A stretch of DNA of 63,994 bases, the filler included, from Lenisia limosa (taxonomy: Eukaryota; Protista; Breviatea), in NCBI GenBank assembly GCA_001655205.1. It is 12 parts of 12 records of this genome, joined end to end, with 100 filler letters (N's around TTAATTAATTAA, not from the genome) between each part and the next. Parts side by side here need not be neighbours in the genome. Positions count along the whole stretch, not along the records: positions 20,085 to 24,489 come from LPNZ01007996.1; positions 24,590 to 35,902 come from LPNZ01007383.1; positions 36,003 to 47,473 come from LPNZ01008381.1; 9 more parts are not named here. One strand, written 5' to 3'. The translations under genes and the position numbers were made by a program. How positions within the stretch are numbered: the first letter of the stretch is position 1; each line of letters starts with the position of its first letter. The notes beneath the pieces are model-generated. The model was not told where the DNA came from and ran no database searches. It worked only from the letters and a program-made list of their open reading frames with translations. This document shows, piece by piece, positions 24,264 through 36,019 of the stretch.

Positions 24264-24642
24264 GTGGGTGATTTGTAGGATGAAACTGTTGAAAAAAACT
24301 ATTTCCAGAAAATACTCTATTTTTTATACTTTTAATAATATCTCTTATAAGCTTGATGGTGTGGACAGCTTCGGCCAGATACAACCTTGTTTTTTATTTC
24401 TATATATTATTGTGTTCATCATTTCGAGGATTCATCGAGAAATTCAGTCTTTTTATGAGCCGAAGTGAAGCCCTAGTTAATATTATATCNNNNNNNNNNN
24501 NNNNNNNNNNNNNNNNNNNNNNNNNNNNNNNNNTTAATTAATTAANNNNNNNNNNNNNNNNNNNNNNNNNNNNNNNNNNNNNNNNNNNNATATTTTGTAT
24601 TATTATTATTTGCGCCTGCTTCACAAAAACTCATCTTTTTAG

Positions 24643-26068
24643 TCCCGAAGGTTCAGCGCATTTCGTACTCTACGTGCTCAGTCCACAAAGAGGAAAATGA
24701 GATGGTTGTTGAGGTGGGTCATGGGCTCCCCGGGATTTCATTTGAGCAGGGGCGCTGAACCTAATTGTGCGGGATTACTGGGACCTTTTCAATGCACTGT
24801 ATCAGGGCCCTTACTGTTTAGGACTGCTTGAAGTCTCGGGTTGGCCAGGAGTGGCGCCTTGTTCACGCCTTACCCTCTTGGAAGAGGAGAGGATACAAGC
24901 CTTGTAGGGGGAACAAGGAATATCATGTTTCATTCCCTTTTTATTCAAAATGAATACCCTTGTGAAATGAGATTGTGATAAGGGAGAGCCTATTGTACCT
25001 GGCTTTTTTAGAAAGGAAGTTTAGTGTTGGAATATGAATGAACCGAAAAAGTATACCCCTCGGAGATGAGATGTGACCCTTTTAGATAAGGAGTGTGTAC
25101 GTGTGATGCCCAAAGAAGACAAAACTAATGGGTGGGTGGACTTCTTTTATCCAGCGCTTCTTTTGTTTGCGAATGTCCATCAAGCTGCGTGAAAGGAGCT
25201 GTGGATCAAGGTGGCGAAAAGTATCTATCATCTCCTGTATTTGGCAAAGAACTAGTTAAATTTATTTCTTGTTACTTTGCCTCTTAGCCGCATTATTTAC
25301 ACTGTATTACTCAAATCATTTGTTTAGGTTCTTTGTTGCTGTGTTTGAGCGAAGAATTCCTGCCCAGTCAAAAGAAGGTAGGGTTATTCAATCATATATG
25401 CTACTTTTGCCAGAGATGTAGCATTTCAGTTGAAAAGTATTTGTTCTGTGTGTGTTTCTACTAATACATATCGATATATTATATTTTTTATTATTATAGG
25501 TAAATGTATGATTTTATTCTGAAAGCGGTATTGTCCTGTGATCTGAGGTTATTTACCTTTTTCAGAAGGTGGGGAGTCCCTGAAGAGGCCGCGTGAGGAT
25601 GACGATGGCGATGACAAGGCGGCAAAATCAAGGAAGGAAGAAGGAGTGGATGAAACTGTGGTTGAGGACGTTGACGAAGATGGAAAGAAGGAGAAGAAAG
25701 AAAAGAAAGAAAAGAAGGAGAAGAAAGAAAAGAAGGAGAAAGATGAAGACAATCGCGAAAAGGAAGACAAAGAGGAGAAAAAGCGATTAAAGAAGGAAAA
25801 GAAAGAGAAGAAGAAAAGAGAGGAGGAGGAGTTAAGAATGCAGGAGGAAGAAGAAAAAAAGAAGAGCGAGGAGGAAGAAGAGAAGAAGCGTCTCAAGAAA
25901 GAAAGAAAAGAGAAAAAGAAAAGAGAAGAGGAAGAGGAAGAAGGAAAGAGGGTAAAGAAAGAGAAAAAGAAGAAAGACGGAGAAGAAGAGAGGAAGAGCA
26001 AAAAAGAAAAGAAAGGGGACAAGTCTTCAAGTAGAGTTAAATCGGACAAAGAGAAGAAAAAGAAGTGA
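24643..26068 (+). CDS. NSUN5: rRNA m5C methyltransferase NSUN5/Rcm1, C-terminal part with long Lys/Glu tail
   Basis: Exons PKVQRISYSTCSVHKEENEMVVE, DCLKSRVGQEWRLVHALPSWKRRG, KECVRVMPKEDKTNG|FFVAVFERR, then a last exon 25566-26068 encoding a KE-rich tail ending TGA. Confidence 0.88.
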
Positions 26069-26504
26069 AATAGATTGGTTGTGTTTTTTTTAGGTATGGT
26101 GGCATGGTAGCTTGCTTCTTATTGTTGCATTGGTATATTGGTATGAGTAATATGGATGTTGTTTTTCTTTTCTTACTGTGAGTGGTTCATGTGTCCGTCT
26201 TGGATCCCAACCCAATAATAGCGTGTTCCAAACGTGTTCACATTCATATTGCATTCATAATCACATCTTCAATTCATCATAATTTTATTTTTGCATTTTG
26301 TAAACCAATCACCATCACCCAAGGAGACTGGCCGACCGTTCCGCGGCCCACCGGCCCGGCTCCAAATCCAAAACTCCAAACCTGACCCAAATCCATCCAA
26401 AATCCAAACCAAAAACTCCTGAATTCTGAATCTACAGACTCTCATTGTATTTATCAGTTTATCATATATTATATACTAAGCGTGTGTCTAGTAGTCAGAT
26501 ATTT

Positions 26505-29500
26505 CAGAGATATTTGTAGGGGAGAACGAAATAGACCGCCACAAAACGCACAACATCTCTATCCTTGCTTCCATCAGTAGAGATGCTCGTGTTTGCTGCA
26601 AGGTGGTTTCTGTTGGCTTCTTTAGTGCTTCAGACACTGTCTGCACCATTGAGGTATGTTGGGGGGGAGGGATGACTGCCTTGTTTATGAGATGTGATAG
26701 TGATTGGTGTTTAGCGTTCAACAATGTTGGGCAGGATGCAAATATGTAAATTGTCTCTACAAATATTGGGTGAATAGATTGTCTTGGTATGGCTTCTCAT
26801 TTCAATATTTATGAGCCATTTTCCCAGTAATCAATTTTCCTTTCTGAATTGGCAGTTTACCTCAACTCAACATTTTTATTAATCATTATAATCAGTCAAT
26901 TTCTGACATCCTTTTATTGACATAATCATGAGATTGCTTCGAAGAAATAGAGCGTTTATTTGTTTTCACACGTCCGCTTCTGACTTTTATGCAGCACGGT
27001 TGACATAGATGGAGGAGTGCAGTTCAACTTCCGCCCAGCCTCCGAGCCCTCCCATGCTGTCACCTTTGAACAGTACAATGAGGCTCTTGGAAGTGAGGGG
27101 GGTGGGTATATGCTTGGAGTGATATTGCGAAATTAAATACGTAAGATGGAAAGTTGTTAGGGAAGGAGGGAAATTAAATGACTAACATGCACTCAAATAT
27201 GTACAAGCTTCTTATATTTCTCTGCAACATAGTATAATGTCCTATTGTGTTTGGCGTTATCAAAACGCATTCAAAAACAAAACCAAGAGCGTCGGTTTCA
27301 GTTTTTTTTGGGCAACCTTCAAGGTAGCAATACTGTTTACAATATTAGTTTCGATTTGCAGCGGCCGCGGCCCTAAGGTGGTTACACTAGGCCTGGTCAT
27401 GACGTTCTCTAACCTAGCCTTCACGTCTGATGGGACTCAAGCCGACATCTCTCTCACCGTGGGGGGGGGGGAGAGGCAAATATAGACTGTTTAAATCTGA
27501 CTCGCTTATCTAGGAAAACATAATATTATCTATATAATAGTATATATATGTTGAATACGTACTATTATTTATATGATATATATCTATAGTAGTATAGAGT
27601 ATATCATATCATATCATATAATATAATATATGATATATACTATATGATATAATATGCTTTTGTATAGTATATACTCCTTCTTGACTGATGTCTACAGGGA
27701 AGTTGCCCAGCCGGCTACGAGCTGCCTTGGTCGTCTAAGTCCCTCACTTGCTCGTATTCCACTGGGTGGACGGAGGACATCGAATGTGTTCCTGGTAGGA
27801 GGGAACAGAATGGATTGTCAATTTATTGTCTGTTTTTTTTTTCATTATTCCTTAACTTCGACAGTCACATGCCTCAATAGTTTTCCTTCTACTATCACAA
27901 GTTCAAACTGCACGAATGGTAGGGCAGATCCCAACAGGGTTACTGTTATTATTGCTAATAAAAAAACAATTTGCTCTTTTTTTTTGCATGTCAGAGTGAG
28001 AGTATGTTTAATTGCTTGATATCAGTTATAAGGCGCAGAACCTTGTATCATTGTAAAAATTCCAACTGGAGAGCATATGATATGCTATAATATTAATATG
28101 ATATAGTATGAAATATTTGAATCGTTTTTTCGTTACATTTCCATTTAACCGTACAAGGAGAACTCTCTGTCTACCAAACCGTTTGCAGCACCACCTGTCT
28201 TCTTGGTGGGCTGATTTGCAGTTGCCCTCCCTCCTCCTCCCCCCATCCAGCTCTTCAACTAATTTCGTGTTATCCTCCTTATACCCTTCCCCTCCAATTG
28301 AAACTGTTCTGTATTAATTCAGGGCCTAATCACTCAATGTCATGTAGGGCCCGCTGTCAGTGGATCGCCTGTTTCCGTTTGCGACTCAAACGGACAATGG
28401 GCAACCGATTTAGTTTGCCCTGTAAATGGTGGGTCAAAATTCCCCCCCCCCTTTTTTTTTTTTTTTTTTNNNNNNNNNNNNNNNNNNNNNNNNNNNNNNN
28501 NNNNNNNNNNNNNNNNNNNNNNNNNNNNNNNNNNNNNNNNNNNNNNNNNNNNNNNNNNNNNTATTTGTCAAAGTGAATAAGACAATAGTGGGCTAGGCAC
28601 GTAGTAAGCTGTCTGCGCACAGTTTTGTAAGGCAAATAATTGGGTGAATTAATATTATCATGATACTATAATCCAATCTATCTCTTTTAGCGTGATTGTT
28701 TTGGAGGGCTTCGGTCAGATACAACCTTGTTTTATTTCCCCTCTCTATATACCACTATTACATCTGGTCATTTTTTAGTTAGACAACGTAAAATCATCTT
28801 ATTTCAAGACATCTTAATAGTATTTCATTCAATCCTTTCCATACTCACATTTGATATGCGGCCAGGTGACTAGCGTAGATTTTCTTTGGTCGAGGACCAA
28901 GGGAAGTGTTTTATTGAGATAGTGTGTCTCAGCTTACTTTCACCTTTCAGATTTGGCTCTTCGGTCCTGTGGTATAGGTAATGAAAAAGGCCTCGGAAGC
29001 AATACAGATACGAACTACATCAGCGGTTCAACCTATGATGTTTGGGGGCTGATCACGCTACACGTAACATTTTCGGATTCTCAACACCAATACTGTCCCT
29101 CTCTAGGTCACCAACCGCCTCTCAAAGTACTTCAATCTTGTTACTGCCTTCTATGACTCATTCTGTGGTGTAACTGACGGTGGGGGGGGGGGATCTCAAA
29201 TAATTACATTTAATCAAAAAACAATTCCTTTTTAACGTTTTGACATTCCCCTTTTTGCACTACATGTTGTATATGATATGATATGATACACAGTGACTGG
29301 GGTAAGTTTTGACCTTTTTTTTTCCTTGGGCAATCATTGAACAACTCGGCCAAGACTTATCCTGGTCGCTGTATTTTATCGTGACTGTGCTGTGGGATGA
29401 AGCTGTCTGTCTAGTACACCTTTCCAGGGAGTGGGAAGCTGTCTATCTAGTACACCTTTCCAGGGAGTGGGAATAATGTTATCACCACACCATGTTTATT

Positions 29501-32222
29501 ATTAGTATTCTGACTATTTCCACAGCACAAGAGATTCTATGTGCGGGTTCCTCTCATGATTTGGCCCTCGGAAGAAATGTATGGGGGCCGAGATATTGTT
29601 GGTCAGACAGCATGAACCGTTTTACTAACACCTTAGCTTGCATCGAATTCCCTTTCTGACGTGTCCCCCTTGGACGTTCCAATTGTCTTGGGAGCTGGCG
29701 AAACCTTCGTGAAACTCGCTGCCGGCTACCACACTGTCGGTGCCCTGACATGTAAGCACCCCGATGCTGGTTGCATAATAATTCCACATAGATTTTGTCT
29801 TCAGCGTGCTAACAACTTAGCTTTGGGAAAGCTCTACATATGGGGAAACAACCAACACTACCAAGGTCTCCAAGGAGCTACAATGAATTCCTACTATACT
29901 CCCTTGGCGGTATGATTTATCGTCGTTATCCTAAATTCTCTAATTATGATGTTATTATCGCTGGTTATTCAGGACAACAATGTATGATATTTTGTACTTC
30001 GGTTCGAAAAAAAGACTGACTTTCTCGATAAATCCTCGAACTATCGATATTTAACCGGGTTTTTTCGAACCGAAGTGAAGCTCTAATGATATATTCCCGC
30101 GTCACGCACGTCTTAGATTACCGGGTTGGACGCAGGCGAGACAGTAAAGGATTTCACCATTGCGTCCTATACTACAGTCGTCCTTACAAGTGGGTGGTGA
30201 TGCTGATGATCCGTGCCAGTTGTTTAACTTTGAGGGTTTTTTTGAAAACCTGTCGATTTGTGTTGGTACTTAGTGGCCATTTTCACTCATTCCTTTAGAC
30301 AACAACAGGCTCTTTGGGGGCGGTCGTAATGATGTGGAAGAACTAGGAGTCCCAGCTGGAAAGGGTAGGTGGAGGACTTGGTGGAGGACTGGGTGGAGGA
30401 CTTCTTTGATGGTTTCTATTGGGTCAAGATGTCAGTCTCTGTTCTAACTCCAAGTTGAGTGACCGAATGAATGAAAGCACTAATTAGTTTGAAGAAGCAG
30501 CTCATTATCTGCTTTTGAACTTCTGTAATAGATCCTTCGATTATTGTTTGAATTATTGTTTAGCTCAAGGGCAGTATTTGACTAATTTGCCTGAAACACC
30601 TGCAAGCCTTCCATCCGGAGTTGAGTATAATATCATCGTTATATCTGGTGGGTGTGGCTAGGACTTCACATCGGCCAAAAAAAATGCTGTTGTATTGATA
30701 TTTTCCAGGTGTTTATCAGGACACTCGTCTTTTTAACAAGACACTTAATTCATACTATATCCTCTTGGGAAAAGTGCTTAATATAACTTGTTTACATGTT
30801 GGCATCTTTGGAAAATTTTTGTATTCTTATTTTCACTTTACACTTTATAGAGACGAAGAACGTTTACGTCAGTGGCATGGGCCCGACAAATAGGTGCTTA
30901 ACAACCAATTATAGAGGTTTTGCTAAGGTTCGTTTGGCCAATCCTGTCATTATTTCTCTTGAAATGTGCATAGTTTTATATGATATCATCTACACTTTTA
31001 TACTTTATAATAATATCATATACTATTACATGTTTAACACCACATGCAAACTCCACAGTTTGAGTCGTATGTACAATTGTCTTATATTTCAAAGGAAACT
31101 ATCGGAACTTTACTTTGAGTCAATCTGATCGCAGCCTTTTTGTGTAGTTTGACCCTGTAGCCTGGCGGAGCCAATGCAAACAAAGTGGCCAACAATGTAC
31201 TGGATGCAGCATGTCATGGCAAAGGCTGTGCGTTTGTGACTGGTGGGTATGGAGGAGCGTATTCTTTGTTACCCGTTTTATTAAGAAGCAAAAAAAAATT
31301 CTATTTCTTTTTGACTTTCCTTTTCCTCTTTTGATTGTAAGTTTCTTGGGAAATTCATAACTCCCTCTGCTCATTTGCTCTTCAGAAGATTCAAAGGTCT
31401 TTTTCTGTGGAACAGCTGAGGCCTCTGGCACCAACTCTGCTTCGGTTTGTGGTTGCTTCAGTTCTAATGATGGGGAAAGAGGCTTTTGGACAACAAAAAC
31501 ACCTTCCGTATGGTAACTACACAACTGATATGTAGATATGGAATTATTATGATGCCATTCCATTTATTCTTTTCCGAGTGTCACGTTTTAGGCAACTCCT
31601 CAAGAAATTCCACTTTCGCTCTTTGGCTGCCCAGCTGGAAAGGGTATTCAAGGAATAAATAGCAATCGCCATGAAGTGATGTCCTTCTGGGGAGGTGGGA
31701 TGGGGGGGACGCTGATGTGTCTAAATCCATAATATTTTCAAAGATCACAACTAGCGATGGAATTTGCGTTCGGTTTTCGATGCTAGAAAGTTGACAGTTT
31801 TGAATCATATCAAAAGAAACACCCAGTTGGACTCATCTTCCAGACTGTAACCCGACAAAAGTCTTCGGAATCGATTCATACACGAGTACTCCAGGAGGCA
31901 CTTGCTCCACAACATCAAATAAAAACGTGGTATGCAAGAGCTCCACTTTCTCTTCTTCCAAAAGTCTGAATAAGTAAAAAGTGTACTTACCCACTGAACA
32001 TCATATTGATATCGAATCAAAAAGAACTAATATTTTGTTATATGATATATTTATATAATCTGAATTTCAGTTTTTGGGGGAAATAGTTTGTCAAGCTAAA
32101 CAAAATCCAGTATTGTTGGTGTGAGTCTAACAAACCAGGTGTTCACCATCGCTACTATTCCGGGAGCCACAGTGAAATATGCCGAGGCATCATATCAGAA
32201 TCAGTACTTCCTCACTTCCTAA
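26505..32222 (+). CDS. Sushi/CCP-like modules fused to an RCC1/BLIP-II-like beta-propeller, multi-exon
   Basis: GSCPAGYELPWSSKSLTCSYSTGWTEDIECVP and CHVGPAVSGSPVSVCDSNGQWATDLVCP (Sushi C..C..W..C). These are followed by RCC1-like repeats FVKLAAGYHTVGALT, GKLYIWGNNQHYQGL, VKDFTIASYTTVVLT, RLFGGGRNDVEELG and VKYAEASYQNQYFLTS*. Start not resolved. Confidence 0.7.
28605..28735. repeat. Dispersed repeat family D copy (longest)
   Basis: GCGCACAGTTTTGTAAGGCAAATAATTGGGTGAATT..ACTATAATCCAAT..AGCGTGAT..GGCTTCGGTCAGATACAACC. Confidence 0.7.
29291..29371. mobile_element. MITE family C (Tc1/mariner-pogo type) copy
   Basis: Ends CAGTGACTGGGGTAAGTTTTG / CAAGACTTATCCTGGTCGCTG|TA. Confidence 0.8.
29992..30085. 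mobile_element. MITE family A copy with damaged left TIR
   Basis: Core and right TIR intact; flanks ATGATATT/ATGATATA. Confidence 0.82.
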
Positions 32223-33024
32223 TTTCATGTGAAATCTTGATTTTGTATTTTATTTATTTATTATTTTTTAAACAGAAATGAACGGAGTGGGGCATAATAT
32301 CTACTAACGCACCTCGTAGTTTAAAAAAAAAAAAAAGGATATATTACCTCAAGTGTAAGGGAAATATTTTGTCATTTTTCGAACATTTTCAATTGTTCAA
32401 TTTAAACGGAGCTGCAGTAAGGCTCATGAGAATTAGTATTCCACCAGTCAAATAGAGGCGAGCTGAATTTTGTAAAAATAACAAATATTTTAGGAAATGT
32501 AAATAATAATAGTAGTGGGCGGGCGACTGAGAGAGGGGTGCATGCTCTCGAGTCACACCGGGTATGCTCATTGGTAAGCCAGCAAGCTGACACCTGACGA
32601 GCTCCACTACCATTCCAAAGAATGGCGTGACAAGGACCGGATCCGTGGATCCGGAATGCGCTTGTCACAGCGCATAGAACAGATACTACACTTGATCCTA
32701 GCGAATTTGCCGGGAAAAGATACTGAATAAAGAGAATGACTCTTTTAAAAAAGGACTTCTTGTGCCCGTGAGAAAATATTGTTTTTTTTACTATTTTTTT
32801 ATTTTCAAAATTTAAGTATTACATATTTCATGCAAGAGGGGTGTTAAATGCAATATATGATATATTAAGCGGAAACTCATTGCTGAGATCGATATACGTT
32901 CAATAGCTTCATGGAGCAATAAAAAATAAAAGAAAAATAGTCTCCAAATATTTCTATAATTCGTCAACCTTGGTTTGTGTGTGTGAGAGACCCTATATTT
33001 AAAAGTGACAAAGAAACATGGTGC

Positions 33025-34670
33025 TTAGAGAGCGGGGAAGTTCTCCTGGTCCTTAGCGGTGCCCCAGGCGTCCTCCTTCTTGTCCTCCTTCTTCTCGGTC
33101 TTCTAAACGGGTCAGACAGGATACCAAACTGGAAGGGAAGAGCATGAAATGAACCGAATGTGCTGCTGACCTTCTCCTGAGGCTTGCGGTCGTTGCGGTC
33201 GCCACGAGGCTTGCGGTCACCACCACCTTCAATTATTAGTCCAACCCAGAAAAGAAATAGGATAAAAAAAAAACACTGAAGATTAATATCGGCATTGGCT
33301 TACGGCGGTCCTCACGACGAGCGGGACGGTCACCCTCCTTGGGGACAAAGAAGTTGGTCTGGATGAGCTGCAACAGTCAGATACAAAAAAAAGGGGGGGG
33401 GAGGCAACACTGTGGATTGAAACGATGACGACAGCAGGCCAACAAGGGCCAAGTGCATACCTCCTTGGTGGCCTTAGCCTTGCGGCCCTTCTTGGTCTTG
33501 GTGACAACGAGGTTGGCGAAGACGTCCTGGGTGGAAACGTCAGCGCGGACCTTCTCAACGGTGTTGCTAAAATGGTCATAAAAAATAAATAAAATAATAT
33601 ATATATATATATATATATAGTGAGATCTGAAGTTCAAATACAATGAAAAGCTGGAATTGAGATGAGGAGCCAACCTGTACTTCTCGTCAACAACGACTTC
33701 GCGAGCCTCAGCGACGGGGAGGTCGTTGGTCTTGCGAGCCTGGGCCTTCATGTAGGAGTCGAGAGAGATAACCTTGGGCTCTGGAGGGAAGTTATTTTTT
33801 TTTGGAAAATGATGGTGTATAAATCATAAAAACAGCAAGAAGGGAAGGAGAGAGGGTGCAAAGTGATCCCGAAAAACTGATCGAGTTCCCACAAACCCTT
33901 GGCGGCAGCCTCCTCAGTGGTCTCCTCATCAGAAGCCTCAGCGGGGACATCAGCAGGGGTGGACTCCTCGTCCTTGCCCCAGTTTCCGCGTCCACCACCA
34001 GACTTCTTCTGGCCTTCGTGTCTACAGAGTCAAAACCAATTTTAAATGCAAAACAGCGAATATACAAAAATCACATTACATACCCGCGACCAGTGCCGTC
34101 ACGACGGTTGTGCTCACGTCCACGACGAGCTAAACAGTCATAAATTCACCGTGACGAAGTTTCACGCGCAAATATCAGAGAGAGAAAATGGTTTAGAAGC
34201 GCATTTGTGTAGAATCATCGTTCAGTCACGCTAAAACAGCATCAACCGCCCTAAGACTCGTCATCTGGTGTCGTCATTACCAATAAACCCCAAAACAACG
34301 AATGACCGAAGAAAAACATACGCTTGTCGGATTGTTCACGGCGTTCGCCTGGAAGATTAGACCAATTGGGAAGAAAAAGATACATACCACGGGGCTTGTT
34401 CTCACGACGGCCATCACGGCGGTTGGCGTTGCGGTCGTTCACATCACGAACCTTAGCGGGCTCAGAAACGAGCTTCTTGGTGGGAGCTACTGGGGTTAGA
34501 AGCTCTTTCAGGCACTAAAATTAAAACCCCATGCATACCGGCAACGGGAGCGGGGGCAGCCTCGGGCTCAGCAAGGAGGGCAAAAGGGTTGGTGCTACAG
34601 TGTTAGGCCTTGAACAAGAGAACAACAGAAACTAAGAAACAATTGCCCCTAATTATGCATACTCGGCCAT
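33025..34670 (-). CDS. SERBP1: SERBP1/Stm1 (HABP4/PAI-RBP1 family) ribosome-binding protein, apparently complete, ~10 exons
   Basis: MADTNPFALL, GREHNRRDGTGRG, KKSGGGRGNWGKDEE, VISLDSYMKAQ and C-terminal DQENFPAL*; strong codon bias typical of a highly expressed gene. Confidence 0.88.
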
Positions 34671-34878
34671 GTTTCTTGCAATAAAGGGCTCTTTAGACGT
34701 GTGGTCTAAAGATCTCAACAGAAAAGGTCTTGTAAAATGTAAAAATTGAACAAAAAGAGTACAGTTCAGTTCATGTCCAGTTCCTTTTTATCGAAATGTA
34801 TCGAAATATTTCGAGTAGATCACAGATCGTTTGCCTTTTATCAAAGTTTTGATTTTTCCAAAGAGGGCCTTTTTAGCG

Positions 34879-35902
34879 ATGTTTTTACAGAGATCAGTAT
34901 CGTTACTTGCAAGTAAAGAAGATTTAAATGAGGAATTAAGGTTTGTGCTCTCAGTTTTCGGGCTATTTTCTAATTCGTCACAGATTCATTGCAACCACCT
35001 TCAGAAAAGATTGGAAAAATGTAAAAAAAGAATGTATTGAGATTCAGCAAGTTTCTGGAGGAATCACAAACAGATGTTGGGGGTTAGAGATATTTATTCG
35101 TTCCCGAGGCCTCTCCTCTTTTGATTTATTAAATAATAAGAATATTAAACTGATATAATTTAGATCGACTTCAATTACGGTCTTGCTTACCTCATTAGTG
35201 TTTCGCCTGGATGTGAACAACCCTGATCCTCAGACCGTCTTAATTCGAATCTTTGGTGAAAAGACCGAAATCCTTATCAATAGAGCTTTGGAACAAAAGG
35301 TTTGCAGTGGCTTTTTAGGGTCATTTTATCTACGGTTTGAAATATATTTTTCTAAGTGGATGATTGCGGCGCTTTTTCGGAAGCTGAGTTTTTGCGGTCT
35401 TCTTTGGTGTAATCGATGAATAAGAAGTTATTTTCCACTTTGATTCATTATAAATCAAATGATATGGTTGACGAAGTTTTCTTTGTTGTTGTGAATTCAC
35501 TTTCCGTTTTGGTCTGATTTCAATCGCTTTCCTTCTACTTGATTCCAACAATGCATGGTTTTTGACGAGTTTTAGCTCTGAGATATATAATAGGACTCAT
35601 TTATAAACACTTCCGTTCCGAATATAGTATTTTACTGTTATANNNNNNNNNNNNNNNNNNNNNNNNNNNNNNNNNNNNNNNNNNNNNNNNNNNNNNNNNN
35701 NNNNNNNNNNNNNNNNNNNNNNNNNNNNNNNNNNNNNNNNNNNNNNNNNNNNNNNNNNNNNNNTGGTAATTCTCTCTCTCCTGCCTTTACACTCGCTTAG
35801 TACTTCCATCGGCTATCGGACTATGGTGAGGCTCCGACATTCTACGGCACCTTCAACAACGGGGCAGTGTACGGCTACGCGCCTGGCTGCCCGGTGTCCC
35901 TT
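34879..35902 (+). CDS. ETNK: Ethanolamine/choline kinase, N-terminal part
   Basis: IEIQQVSGGITNR, TVLIRIFGEKTEILINRALEQK and YFHRLSDYGEAPTFYGTFNNGAVYGY match ETNK N-lobe motifs. Confidence 0.88.
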
Positions 35903-36019
35903 NNNNNNNNNNNNNNNNNNNNNNNNNNNNNNNNNNNNNNNNNNNNTTAATTAATTAANNNNNNNNNNNNNNNNNNNNNNNNNNNNNNNNNNNNNNNNNN
36001 NNAAATCCTCAAAATTTTC

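Noticed and set aside
25549-26049. 166-aa Phe/Ser-rich minus-strand ORF
   Set aside because: Antisense shadow of the NSUN5 Lys/Glu tail.
27360-27420. Cluster of restriction-site-like words (GCGGCCGC, AGGCCT) suggesting vector sequence
   Set aside because: Lies within a GT-AG-bounded exon of the Sushi-RCC1 gene reading GRGPKVVTLGL.
32636-32653. CCGGATCC-GT-GGATCCGG hairpin and a nearby short ORF-like segment
   Set aside because: Single short inverted repeat with no second copy or supporting context.
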